Shown here: positions 49,198 through 62,966 of the stretch, piece by piece | Numbering within the stretch: the stretch's first letter is position 1 | Layout: the number at the start of each line of letters is the position of its first letter | Assembly: GCA_964016885.1 (NCBI GenBank) | Contig: OZ024745.1 | Coordinates: 48,112,001 to 48,176,000 of the forward strand | DNA from: Eledone cirrhosa | Lineage: Eukaryota | Direction: 5' to 3' | DNA: 64,000 nt | Made by a program: the position numbers and the translations under genes | Notes under the pieces: generated by a model | Seen by the model: only the letters and a program-made list of their open reading frames with translations | What the model was told of the DNA's origin: nothing | Database searches by the model: none

Positions 49198-49202
<5 letters not shown>
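48946..49202. repeat. 111-bp inverted repeat carrying a hammerhead on each strand
   Basis: Arms 48946-49056 and 49092-49202, 2 mismatches, 35-bp spacer; (TA)n on the right flank. Confidence 0.9.
49096..49158 (+). ncRNA. Type I hammerhead ribozyme (mirror copy on - strand at 48990-49052)
   Basis: TATTTTAT-CTGAGGA-AAGCGTACCAA..TTGGTACCCTT-GAAA-TATATAT-A|ATAAAATA; perfect 8-bp stem I; predicted cut after 49150. Confidence 0.8.
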
Positions 49203-49244
<42 letters not shown>

Positions 49245-49394
49245 CATCATCATCATCATCACATATATTTATATATATGTATGTATGTATCTATGTATGT
49301 GAAAGGTAAACAGAAATAACAGCACAATCAGTACAGTATATGGAAGGGATATATTAGGTTAACGTTTATTTATAAATGTTTTTCTTTCTTCGTA

Positions 49395-51290
49395 ATCATC
49401 ATCATCATCATCATCATCAACGTTTAACGTCCGTGTTCCACGCTTGCATGGGTTTGGACGGGAGTATTCCCACTTGAGGCAAGAGTGATTGTCTTGCTCG
49501 CATAGGACTGTCTGGCAGGTTTTCTACAGTTGGATGCCCTTCCTAACACCAACCACATTTACAGTGTGGGTCTGGGAGGTTTTTACCGTGTTGCCTACAC
49601 GGCCACATTACAGCGTGGACTGTGTGTTTTTTTGTCGTGACACCTACACGATCTCATTTGTTTCGGCCTGGATGGTGTGGCACCAACATAACTTTACATA
49701 GAAGGGGGCGGTGTGGATGGGGTGGGGGTGGTGGGACGGGGGTGTATTTTGTTAGAGATGCCTACTGACTGTAGTAGGTTTTACTTTGTATTTAGGTAAG
49801 GCGGGTCTTCTCTATTACTGAGTACCGCCAAAGGTCTCGGTCCAGTGACATTGTCTTGGTGAGGTGTAAGTGTGTGAGGTCGGAGTTTATCAGCTCGTCC
49901 CAGGTTTTTCTGGGTCTGCCTATTCCGTGGCTACCGTCTATCTTTATTGCCCTGCACTTTGTTATACAGCTATCATCCTTCATGCGCATCACGTGACCAT
50001 ACCAACGTAGCCTTCTCTCGAGTAAACAACATCTGATCCCTCTTATTTCTAATTTTTTCCTTAGTTCGTTTATGCTTTGTCGTTCACGTATATTACTATT
50101 ACACATCCAGCGGAGCATGCAAGCTTCGTTCCTCTCTAGTCTGCGTATATCCTCTGCACACAATGCCCAGGTCTCACTGCCATGCAACATTGCTGTTCGT
50201 ATGCAGGCATCGTACAGCCTGCCTTTCATTTTTAGGGAGAACCCTTTAGCGGCTAATAGTGGTATAAGCTCTCTGAACTTTTTCCACCCAGTTCTGACTC
50301 TAGCTACTGTACTTTCAGAGCACCCTCCACTACTGCTGATTTTGTCACCCAGGTAACGGAAGCTGTCCACTATTTCTATAGAACCCTCTGCGCAGTTGAA
50401 AGAGCTAGTATTTTGTGGGCACTTGCTGCTACTTATATCCCCAGAACACCGGCCACATGTAAAATCTATGTTCTTAGTTAGCTTACATGTGATCCCACTA
50501 CATCTTTTATGCACCCAAACTTTGCATTTGGGACACAAAATGGAATTTCTACCTACGCCTTTCCTACACTCTGCGCATGGCCACTTCCCGGAGGGGACCG
50601 CCGCCTTATTTTCTTTCTTACAAACTAGAACTTTAGTCTTAGCTTGGTTAATTTTAAGGCCTTTTGATTCTAGGCCGTGCTTCCATGTTTGGAATTTCTT
50701 CTCTAGCTCGGCCATTGATTCAGCTATGAGCGTTAGATCATCTGCGTATAGGAGTTCCCATGGGCAGCTGGTCTTGAACTCCACTGTTATAGCCTGGAGG
50801 GCAATAATAAATAGTAGGGGGCTAAGAACAGAGCCCTGATGAACACCAACTTTTACACTAAACTCTTCACTATATTCGTTGTTAATTCTAACCTTGCTAA
50901 CTGTTTCTTTATACATGGCTTGTATAGCTCTCACAAGCCATTCATCAACACCTAGTTTTCTAAGAGCCCACCAGATAATGGAACGGGGGACTCTGTCGAA
51001 GGCCTTCTCCAAGTCGACGAAAGCTAAGTATAGGGGTTTACTTTTAGCTAGGTACTTCTCCTGTAGTTGTCGTACAATGAAAAGAGCGTCTGTGGTACTT
51101 TTTCCTGACACAAACCCGAACTGCATTTCATCTAGATCAATTCGCTCTCTGATTAGTTGCGCTATAACTTTTTCCGTGACCTTCATGACCTGGTCGATTA
51201 ATTTAATGCCTCTATAGTTACTCCTATCTAGGGCATCTCCTTTACCCTTGTAACAGTTAACGATAATGCTGCTGCGCCAGTCCTTTGGAA
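49395..51290 (-). mobile_element. 5'-truncated RTE LINE with open ORF and a PHD-like finger after the RT core
   Basis: ORF 49792-~51290 with FVDLEKAFD, GVHQGSVLSP, YADD, a C4HC3 insert and RLRWYGHV; (GAT)n tail. Confidence 0.92.
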
Positions 51291-52603
51291 CAAAGCTTTA
51301 TAAATTCATCTTTTATACTACAATATGAAGAAAACTATTTTCTTCCAAACACATATTCTCGATATTACTTAAATTATTTCAAAGTGTGATATAACTCTTT
51401 TAAAAACTGAAATATACTTTATGGGGCAGAGTTGAAATACTGCTAAGACTGGGGAGTAGAGTATGTTGCTCCCCACTTTCTTTAGTTGTTTAATTCCTTT
51501 TTTCTTATTCTTTTTCCTGTCTTCCTTTCTTTTTCATTACCTTTATTACCATGTTGATTGTACAGTTTTTTTTATCACATTTTCTGTGTTCTTTGTAGAC
51601 GTTTGACCTTATGTAATGTAAATAAAATTAACATATTTCTTCAGGTTAAAATCAGGAAAAAATAAAAATACCTTTAATCTATATTGTAATAAGAGCGCTA
51701 TCTGTCTGTCCGTCCATCATGCTCACTTTATATAGAGAGTGAGAGAAATGTACATAGATAGAGAGGGAAAAGTGAACGCTGTGTATTTTAGAGATGATAG
51801 AAAGAGGTAGACAGACAGAAAGTTATGACGTTGCCCTCATCTATGTAGAGAGAGAGGGAGCACCAAGAAAAAGAGAAAATGAATGTCATTTGTTGAGAGA
51901 GAGAGAGAGAGAGAGAGAGTGTGTGTGTGTGTGTGATAGAAAGTGGAAGAAATCGCCCTCATCAAGATATTATAAAAGAAATCAAATGGGATCCCATTAT
52001 AGGATATATTTTTATTTATTCAGTCACTACATTCCATTCAGTTGACTTGACCCTATACTCTACAACCTATCAGTTGCATTAATATTTGACGATTTCTCCT
52101 TACTTCTTGATTTCTTTAACATTCCAAAAGCTTTCTAATATAAAAACACTGACAGCTCTTTTTTTTATTTCTCTACATTACATCTTGAAGCAAATAAAGT
52201 TCTGAGTCCAGTACCATGTATTGTGTAGAGTTAGTAAGAGGATAAAGCCACCCAGTCACTTTTAATTTGAAGGTAATAGGTCCAAAGTTCCACCTGTGAT
52301 TGAATAATCTTTTTATAAAAACTAAATCTTTGAGAGAATTTAGATCAAGCACTCAAAGAAAGATTTAGTTGTTAGATGTTCTGCTAACATACACCACACC
52401 ATAGGAAAATTTCTAGTTGTCAGAGAGCATGAGTGGAAAATATGTCTATTATCAGATAGTTAGGACATTGCAAAGGCTGAGATATATTGATGAATGATTT
52501 TTGTTAATCAGCTGGATGTCTTTCTTTTTGATGTAGTCTAGAATGGTTGTATGTGTAACAGCAACACCATCCCAGATTTGGGTGCATTATTTCATTATGG
52601 ATC

Positions 52604-52922
52604 TGAGTTCAAATCCTGCTGAGGTTAACTTTGCCTTTCATCCTTACGGGGTCGATAAAATAAAGTACCAGTAATGCACTGGATAGTTGCTGGCCTTGTG
52701 CCAAAGGTAGAAACAATTATTTCATTATGGATCGGTGGATTGGCAGTATCGGTAGAGGGTCGGACGCCATGCTTTGATGCATAGAGTTACGGCCCTTGCC
52801 ATTCTGAGTTCAAATCCCGCTGAGGTTAACTTTGCCTTTCATCCTTACGGGGTCAATAAAATAAAGTACCAGTAATGCACTGGGTAATTGCTGGCCTTGT
52901 GCCAAAAAGTAGAAACAATTAT
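52604..52922 (+). mobile_element. Two tandem Nin/Deu-core SINEs separated by a triplicated 18-bp TSD
   Basis: ATTATTTCATTATGGATC at 52586, 52716 and 52918. Confidence 0.85.
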
Positions 52923-55900
52923 TTCATTATGGATCTCACAGGAACTTTGGAGAGATAGTTAGCAACTGTTCAGAGCTGGAGTTTTTTTCTGGGCATTTAA
53001 ATGAACACTAGTCTTTAGGACACAATGTTTCATATATTATGAATGTGAGGTTACCTGGAGTCCCCATCAGTGATTGTGAAATCTTACATTTATAGTGACT
53101 ATTGTGAGTTTTAGCTGCATGTTGTCTAAGATTATTTCAGGAATATCAAGAAATTAGTGTTTGATTGAAGTGGATAAAACTGGATTGAAAATGATGAGTG
53201 TTTTGTTTTCTTTTTTCATGACTATTTCTGCTTTTATATAAGCTTGATTGGTCTCACTTGGGGATCCAGCCAAAGCATTTGGAGATTGGAGCTTCTCATT
53301 AGATCCCAAGCTTCTCATTAGATCCCTTAGAAGACGTCTCTGCTCCCATGCCTCCCCCACCTCCAAGAATATGTGGGAGAAAAAGTAGTTGATCTTACTC
53401 ATTTTGATGATGCTGATTTCAAACGACTTGAAATTTAAAAAACCCCACCTTTTCCCATATGATTTACCAGTTCCTGGTCAAACCTTTCTCCCTACCCTGA
53501 AGGAATGTAGATGAAGTTACGTTTGAAATTCCCATTAGGATAGAGTTCATGAAAATTCTGCTATAAAACTGAAATACGATCTCTAAGATACTCTGCTTTA
53601 ATATTTTTGTGGGCATTTGTAAGAAATTCTGAAAATATTTATCATACACAGTCACAGTTTTTCTTCATACGAAGGAAATGATCATATTTCATTTTGGATC
53701 AGGTTCTGCAGTATGTTCTTGAGCAAAACACTTCATTTCATGTTGCTCTAGTACACTCTGCTAAAAATGAGAACCAGCAGAAGCTGTGGGGTAATTATGC
53801 ACTGGACTGGAATCCTGTTCTTGTACTCTCAATTGCAAAATGCTGATGAAACCAGCTTGAACTTCTGGGCTTGGGACAGACTTTAACTAACTTTTTAACT
53901 GAAATACGATCTCTTCTAGAACAGATCAGGGAAAATATTCGACCTTACTGAAAACAAAGAATTTGTTATAACCTCCCCACAAGCACAGAGATAAACATTT
54001 CAAATCATCACAGATTATCCATCATCATGATCACAATTTAATGTCTAATATCCTTGCTTGCACATAGAAAATGTGTTGTCACATGTGTCACATTTTGAGG
54101 CTAGACCAGTCAAGTGACCATATCTTGCTCAATACCTTTCCCAATACCAAACACTTTACAGTACATACTAGGAACATCTTATTATGACTCTAACAGGGTA
54201 GATTGGGTGTTTTTTTTTTGTCGTAGCACTGCTATTGCTACCTTACAGGGTGGACTGGATGCTTTATCTATGAAGTGGTAGTGCTGATGCCATAAACAAA
54301 AATCTAGTTTTATTATAATTGATCTTGGCTCATTTTAATTTCAATGTGCAATAAGTGACTTTAACCTTTTCATACCAAATCACCTCAAACAGCCTCTCAT
54401 TCTATAATGTAAAGCCATTTACTTTAAAGCGTTTCTATCTAACTTAAAACTTTCCATCATAATTTTATGCAAAACATATTTATTAAGTAGTTTCAAACAC
54501 CAGCTTAATCATAAAAAGATAATCATTTTATTAAATCCCTTAAATTTTCAAAATTAATAGATAATCATAGGCAGTCTATTTTATTATAAATATGGTAATG
54601 AAAGAGTAAAATCGTTAATAAAAAATATTTTCATTCAACTAAAGGATACATTTAATTGTTTTTTAGATATTATGATAGGAATCAAATTCATTCTGTTTTA
54701 ATAAATGGCAACAAATGTTTTTTCTCCAACTTCGTCTTGGCGGCTTGTTTATGCTACATCTCATGATATTTTGTGGCTCTAGACTTAGAGGCCGTTTATT
54801 ATTGTTTAGTAATCTCTTATTAAGAGGAGGAAATGTAGTGTCCTCACCCTTTTCCAACCCTTTGTAACTGATGGGAAGGATGGAGGAAGCCAACTTCAAA
54901 CCGAATGCCTAGTTTGAGTGAATTTCACTAAAAGTACCCAGCAGCCATAAAATGGTGTTAAATCAGGTGTATTGAGTCTATTGTCCAAAGCATTTGCTTT
55001 AATCTTTTTAATACCAATCTGGCTCAGACTTTGGTTCTATGAAAAAGGAATGACCCATCTTAAAGGGTCCCTATTTTTAAATTAAAATCTCCCAACATAA
55101 TTTTATATAAGAATCATGTTAACCCTTTCATTAACATTCTTAAAATTTTTCATTTTAAAAATAACAAAAAATTTGGAGAGACTTACTTATATAACAAACA
55201 TTGTCATTCTTTGGAACATTGTGTTGGAACATAACTTAAAAAAGGTTCGTACATAAAATTGTGATAGAAGGTTTTAGATAAAAATAAACATTTTAAAATA
55301 TACACCTTAATATCATTAAAAAAAAGAGTGGTTTGGAATTAGAAGGATTAAGTTACTATTTTAATAATGAAATAATAAATAATTTTAGTAGATCCCTCAA
55401 AATAATTAATTAACTGAAAGAGAGCATATTTAATTAGAAATACTTTTGAGTATGTTGAGATGAAGGTTAGAGAAGAAAGGTCTGTTAGTGCTGTTATATT
55501 CAAAGCTTCTGATGGGTGCAGATACAAGAATCAGTGTCTGCATCAATGAATATTGTAGGTTTGGTGTACATATATTAATTTACTTAAAAGTGAATTTAAG
55601 GTTTTTACTTCTGTAGTTTTCTATAAAATCGAAAATGTATAATTGTTGTTTTTGTAGTTGTTATTGTCACTACAGGAGCTGTGGATTTGCAAAATTGTTA
55701 GTATCAAACAAATGCTCTGTAGTATTTGTTGCTACTCTTTAGGTTCTCAGTTCAAATCACACCACGGTCAACTTTACCTCTTGTCCTTTTAGAGGTACTT
55801 TATTTCATATAAATAATTTATTTTATAATAAAGCACGAGTCAAGTACTGGAGTTCAATTTAATAAACTCCCCTCCCCCAAATTAGAAATCATTATTACTG

Positions 55901-56852
55901 TTTATGTTCTTGCTGTACTAAAAAGGATTCTATGATGTATTTCTTTTATATGCTTACATAAAAAGGAAAGGACTGTACCCATAACCTTCACAGGCACTCT
56001 ACATCTGATAAGATGTTCTGCTCAAAAGTGGTGGAAAAAGAAATTCCAGAAAGTTGACAGTTTGGAAAGGAAAAGATTAAATATAGAGATTAGTGCTGGG
56101 ATGGTGAGGACCAGAGTGAGTAGGTGGAGACCAGATATTATAGTTATCATGAAGCTTCCCTCTTACCCAAAATGAATGCCCCACTAGCAGAATCATTCCT
56201 TATGCACTGAGGGAGTGCTTAGGAAATCATTTTTTACATATTCTAATTATGAAATAAATAAAAAGTTCTGCCATAAAGCTAAAATATGCTCTTAGCTTAT
56301 ATACTTTTTTGAAACTATCATATAACAGACATCACTGCCTGACCTGTTTTCTTCTATTCTCCCTTCTTACTTTTTCTACGCTTCTGTCCTTCTTTGTTTA
56401 CATGTTGGACTACAGTTCTCATTCTCTTCTGTTTTACCATTTCTCTCCTTTCTATTTTTTTCTCCTTTGGCTAAGCCCTTGCGCACTCTATATTTGTGTA
56501 ATTTGCCTAAAATCATAACTTGTCTGTACCTATTTTATGTTCCAATTTACAAATATAAAACTGATTCAGAAGTTTATCAAAAACCTGAAAGTAGTAATAT
56601 TTTACTGTTCTCAGAATGACATTCATCACTATTAATATCATTGTTTTTGCATCTGATTTTCCATACAGTATTCTACAGCTAGATGTCCTTTTAGAAGTCA
56701 ACACATACTTCTGACAACATGCAACTGTTGATCTTTGTCAAATTGCTAAGCTGTAGGACATATTGGTTATGTGGGATCTGAACTAATATTACCACTTGCT
56801 TAAACAGAGTCAATGTGAAAAAAAAAAAAAAAACACACGCACACGCACACGC

Positions 56853-56888
<36 letters not shown>

Positions 56889-57461
56889 TCAAATGGTCAG
56901 TGACGAAATAGTCTCCCCCACAAGACCCTGGTCTGGTGAGGGTGGTAAGTGGAACCCCAGCAGCATCAAAAACAAGAGCTGTTAAAAGGGTGAATGACTC
57001 CTCAGAGTCAACAGCCATCCACTCCAACTATCAGTTACATAGCCTTACCAACCTTCAATTGACCAAGCATGGTGAGTATGGCTACATCCTGACATCACCA
57101 AAACCAAACAGAAAGTGGTGAAGGTCAACCAGGTAAGGGTTCCTCCAATAGGAGTGAAAGGGCCCTGGATTGATAGAAAGGGCTTTCACAATTTTCATCT
57201 GCAATATTCACTCATAAGCATGGATTGACTTGAGGCTTCAAGTGGAATCAAACCTGAAACTACATGGTTGTGAAGTAAAAACTACTTAACCACACAGCCA
57301 TGCCTTTATTTATATTGTTAATGACATATGATCACTTCCATAAAATTACAAGCAAATTTGAAAATGTGAGTAACATCATACACTCACACAACAGGAATTA
57401 ATTCTATCTCGAAACCTGCTACAGTGTGTTGTCTCTTTGAAGGTAGATTGAAGCGATTTAA

Positions 57462-57682
57462 CCCATTAGCATTTAAACCAGTTGTATCCAGCCAGAATTC
57501 TCTCACTTCTTTCTGTTCAAACCAGCTGTAACCAGCCACTCATACTTATGTTAAGGTATTGCTCTCAAAATAAATAATATCAAAATCTCAGATTCGATAT
57601 TATGTGAGATAATTATATGAGGTAATGTGTTTACAATGAAATTATAATAGTATATATATAGAGTAATGTAAATGATAAAGGG
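57462..57682. mobile_element. piggyBac-type MITE
   Basis: TTAA|CCC...GGG|TTAA with short imperfect TIRs; related remnants near 54360 and 55120. Confidence 0.5.
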
Positions 57683-59241
57683 TTAAAGAAAACATTATTT
57701 CAATATGGGGCATAGTGTTATCTAGTGTTCCTTTGAAATTAGACTGAAGTGATTTGAGTCCCAGGATCAGCTTTCTCCAGTTGACAGTACCTAAAATGTG
57801 ATCCCATCCAAGGTTAGTGACCCCCCCCCCCCCACCCCCATCTCACTGAAATATGATCTCCATAACACTCAGCTTTAATAATATTGAGGAGATTAAGAAC
57901 TTCTGAAAACATTTTCAAATTTGCTTATGTTATGGAAGTGATCATATTTCATTAAAAGTAGGCATCACTGTGTGGTTAAGTAGTTTACATACAACTACGT
58001 TGTTTTAGGTTTACTCTGTTAGTTTTGGGCCTGTGTTGAGAAGGAAGTAAGGATGGAATGTGAGGCTTGCAACCTTACATCCATTAATCAAAATTGCTAT
58101 AGAAACAATGAGTAGATACTTGACCTGAGAGTTGGCCCATGTCAAGACTTGCAGCCTAGAAGAATGGAGACCTCTGTCACATAATGCTCCATGGGGAGCA
58201 AAAGGAACTAAAGAAGAAGAAAGACACCAGAATGTGTCCCATTCTCAAGAATAACAAATGAAAATCCTCCTGACTCCTCTTAACCATTGATTTATTACTT
58301 TTATTTTTATCATTCAAATATTGATGTAGATAATTAACTAGTCTCAAACATCTTGAATCTCCGCCTTATTGTAAAGCCAGATGATCTATTGGAGTTCTGC
58401 ATCGTCATGTACCCCACCGGTGGGCCTTCACTCTCAAGAAATTCAGTGTTGCACTTGGTTGGTTAGAATGTCCTAGGAAAGAATCACTGGACAGATTTTA
58501 TGGGCAAAACCAACAGACAGGAGACCTCGAGCAAGATGGTTGGATAACATCCATGAGCTTGGCTGGTCTCACTTGGAGATCCAACTGGATCAGTTGGAGA
58601 TGGTTGCTTCTGATAGGACCCCTGGAAGGAGAGTTTGAGGACTCTGCCCCCATGATGCTCTCAGGAATAAGTGGGTGAAGGAGAAGATAAAGGAGGAGGA
58701 AAATATGAATAAGACGATGATGACAAAGAAGAAGGCAGTGGTGGCAGTGAAGGCATTGTATTTTTATGTTTTGTGTGGATCAGATTAGGCTCAGTTTTGA
58801 AGAACTTTTCATTTTCTGTACTATCAAATATATCTGTGTATAAAATAGTTGAAATATAATTTTAAAAAAAAACAGACTTAATATGAAAGAAGAGAAGCAT
58901 TAGTTTACATAAACAGATGTAACAGCTTACATTAGCAATGTCAAATGTGAAGTGAAAACAAACATATGTACACATACTCAAGCACACACATACACACATT
59001 TATAGTATCTTTGTTAGTGAACAGATCACTGGGAAAATTTGCTATATTAGAATAAAGATTTTTATATTTAATGTGAGGCAGTGGTAGTGCTGTTTTGTAC
59101 TTTTCAAGAATGCCTTGCTAATAAGGTTTCATGCAGTACAGGACATTAAGAGTTTAAGTAGTGATAGGTAGATAACATGGCACCACTGAAAACACAATTT
59201 TATCAGTTTTCTAATTTATTGTAAAATATTTTCTGTTTCAG

Positions 59242-59284
59242 TTACTTTCAGAAAAAAGTGCAACATTTATGGTTCAAGATTATA
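59242..59284 (+). CDS. C3/A2M-family exon (MG2 end)
   Basis: TTCTGTTTCAG acceptor, GTAAGT donor; 43 nt, phase 0->1. Encodes LLSEKSATFMVQDY. Confidence 0.82.
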
Positions 59285-60255
59285 GTAAGTAGAATTTATC
59301 TTTATTGATTCTATTTCTGTTTTTTTTTTCTTATTAATTATTTGGTTAGGGCGGAAGGAATGGTTATACTCATGACCCTTTACAGGCCCTCCAAGATTGG
59401 TAGAAACCTTTCCACAGAGTAAACTTCATAAAAGTCACCCAAGGGCTAGGTGAAGGTGGAAGTGGTGTGACAGTGGTGGTGTTAAACTGTACAACAGAAT
59501 AAATATACCACCCTGGTAGACCAAAGCAGGATTTCAATTCAGGATACAGAGACTCAGAACAAATACTGCAAGGCATCTTATCTGACACACAATTCCACCA
59601 CTTTATCTCCTGGGCACAGTAAAGTTGGATTGGAGCTGAATAAGTTGTTTATTGGTAGTATTATGAATCATAATGTACTATGTATGTACTATGACATATT
59701 TTGCTAATGTAGTTTCATGAGGTTCAGGATATTCAGAGTTAAGAGGTTATTTTATGGAATGTTATGTATCTATATATTTGAGAATGGTTTTGTTCTAAAC
59801 AAAGAATTGAATTGGCAGTCATTAGTGTTGGCTAGAATGCTTGGCCTTATTTTTTCTGGCTTTCTGTGTTCTGAGTTTAAATCCTGCTGTGATCAGCTTT
59901 GCCTTTCATCCCTTTGGAGTCGAGAAATAAAGTACAAGTGCAATCTATGGTTGATTCTTCTTATTTTCTACTGTCTTTCTCTCTCCCTCTTTGTCTCTGG
60001 AATAGATTGGCTGAGGCCAGATTTGGAGAGGTGTGGATACTGGGGGGGAACAGTTAGATTTTAAATTCCGGAGACATGCTGTATACTACTATATCATCCT
60101 TACAGCTCCATCAGGTGTTGAGTGCTTGAGGAAGTCTCTAAAATATCCACTTATGCTACAGTTGTGAGTGAATGTATCTCTTATAACCCTTTGGTGACCT
60201 TATGTTAAGGGTACGGATATTTGTGAAATACTGAGCCACTTCACACTAATATAAT

Positions 60256-60442
60256 TGTTTCTGTTTTTGGCACAAGGCCAGCAATTATCCCAGTACATTA
60301 CTGGTACTTTATTTTATCAACCCCGTAAGGATGAAAAGCAAAGCGAACCTCGGCGGGATTTGAACTCAGACTATAAAGGAATGTAACTCTATGCTACAAA
60401 GCATAGCGTCCAACCTTCTACCGATAGTGCCATTCCTCCGCC
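60256..60442 (-). mobile_element. Nin/Deu-core SINE with TSD CTAATATAAT
   Basis: Family consensus; TSD at 60246-55 and 60443-52. Confidence 0.8.
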
Positions 60443-60595
60443 CTAATATAATGAACAACCAGTTCAGTTGATCAAACAGCTTGAATACTTATCACTGAAA
60501 CCAATGGAGAATCCATTTAATTTCATTGTTTTAATGTCCCTAAAATGGTGATATATGGCAATGGTGTGTATATACATAGTATTTTCTATTTTCAG

Positions 60596-60683
60596 CTTTA
60601 CCAAAGTTCCAAGTTGAGATTCAGACAGAGCCAAAGCTGATTGCAGAAGATACTGATATTGTAAATGTAACAGTATCTGCAAA
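60596..60683 (+). CDS. C3/A2M-family exon (MG3 start)
   Basis: TTTTCTATTTTCAG acceptor, GTATGT donor; 88 nt, phase 1->2. Encodes (T)LPKFQVEIQTEPKLIAEDTDIVNVTVSAK, matching the family EYVLPKFEV...VxVxAxY motif. Confidence 0.88.
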
Positions 60684-60999
60684 GTATGTAATTAATTTCC
60701 TTTGAAGTTAAGATTTATTTAATTATTTACTGATTTAGTACTTTTTTTAATTTTATGTACAAAACTCAGATTTAGTAGTTTAAGCATATACATGCATATA
60801 ATATATGTTTATATACAATCAGCAAAGCAAATGGAAAATAATAATAAAAATTAGTCAGAATGAAAAAAGAAAAAAAACAAAAAAACTACTATTACAGATT
60901 ACAACAAAGACTAAACATTTTTGAGGCTATTCAAAGAACATATGGCATTCGCACAGATGACAGCAAGGCAAAGGTGCTGAAACAACTAAGTATTGTCAT

Positions 61000-61220
61000 A
61001 CTCAAGTGGCAACCTGGTGCACTCGGTTACTAGCCCAGGCTCTGTTGCAGCTGCTCTTGGATAGGTTTGTGATAGAGCCTGTAGCAGTGGAGACTTTTGA
61101 CGCTCTTGGCCCCTGGACCACATCCCTACTCACTGTTATTGGAGCAGAGTGGCTGTTCCATCCATCTGTTCCAGCAATGCATTCTCCATCCTGTCGGCCA
61201 GGACCCAGAGGTGGAGGGTA
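61000..61220 (+). mobile_element. Possible CRE-like RLE C-terminal remnant
   Basis: IEPVAVETFDALGP...IG..WLF...NAFSIL resembles the C-terminus of RLE non-LTR elements. Confidence 0.4.
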
Positions 61221-62404
61221 AGTTAGTTGGTGGTAGAGGATACTCATTCAGACGTAACTTTCACACATGTATTGAGTGCCTTTTTAACTGCTGCATCATC
61301 TTATACTTTAGTAAGATGAACTTCTAATGATGACAAAAACTTTGTTGTCAGTGGCCTAGCACCACTAAAATGTTTCAAATGCTACATGCTGAAAAATGTA
61401 ATACACCAATAAATTACAGTATTTGAGTCATTTATTCCATTTGGCTGTAGATAGAATAACCCTCCACTACAGTTTTTCTGATGTGTGATGGAGTGACATT
61501 CTATATGGGACCTCTTTCCGTTGACCCTGGCCATACAACAAATTCCAGAATTAAGGGAATATTAACTCTATAATCATTTATTGGATATATTTTGTGCCAA
61601 TCTCTTTACCCCCCCCCCCCACACTCTCTTTTTATGCTCCCTTTGCATTTTTTTCTTATTCTCCCCCTTTCTCTCTCTCATTCTCCTTATCTTTCCCCTC
61701 TCTCTTTCACTCTCCTTATCCTCTCCATCTCTCTCTCTCACTCTCATTATCATTCCTCCTGGGAGTATGACTGTCTTACCTTGCTGACCAAAAGGGTTGA
61801 GATCCAATAGGTCAGAATGAGTCTGTTGGCAAACTACATCATTCTAATCTCTGTCAGGAACTTAACTAGACTGCTTGTTGGACAGCAGAGAGCAGACTAT
61901 TTATGCGAATTCTGTTGTCATTGACAATAAGCAGATGGCTTCTAGAAAACTATTATTCTAGACCAAAGGTTCTCAACCCATTTCGGCCCCTCAAAATCAC
62001 GAAACGCCCCCTACCCTATTTTTCCATTTTTCAATATACTACTGATTTTAATATCAGTAGATTACTGGGCCAAATCAAGTTATGTTAGAATCTTTAAAAA
62101 GATCTCGTACGAATTAAATACAAAAAAGTTTCAGTCCCAAACAAAAGCAAGCTATTTCAAATTATATATTTTAAAAAATGACATGAATGTTCTCAAAGAT
62201 TTTGAGTGGATAGACAATTCTACAATTCAAACTGTAAAGTTAAAATACAAAAGATGCAAAATATGAAGAAATTCTTATCTTTCTCTTGAATCACAAACTC
62301 AAGCGAAAAATAGTACCTTGCAAAATAAAGTGCCTTGATCACAAACTTAGTTGCAACAAATGAATTGAGATGCTTGGTGACGGTGAATAAACAATATCTG
62401 TATC

Positions 62405-62445
<41 letters not shown>

Positions 62446-62966
62446 GATAGATACACATACACATGTGTGCGAGCATTAACCCCCCCCCCCCCATACACAC
62501 AAACGTGTGTGTGTGTCTGTGTGTGCCTTGTTTTTGGTACAGAAAGAATTTTGTCTTCAGTTTTATTATTGCCGGGTCAAAGGCCACTGCTCTTTTCAAC
62601 AACGTCAAATAACAACGCCACCACCATCATCATCATCATCATCATTTAACGTCTATCTTCCACGCTAGTATGGGTTTAGACGGGAATTGTCCTACGTGAG
62701 GCAAGATTGGTTGTCTTGCTCGTATAGGACTGTCTGGCAGGTTTTCTACGGCTGGATGCCCTTCCTAACACCAACCCCGTTTACAGTGTGGATATATATG
62801 TAGAGAGAGAGTGAAAGAGAGAGTAAGAATGGGTCTACGTGTTTGGTACACATCTATCTATCTATCTATCTATCCAACAGAGGGCTCAAACATGCAGCCC
62901 GCGAACTACTTTTCTATGGTCCGTGGGAGAACCAATATTTCAGATTCCATTATAACTGGTGAAAAT

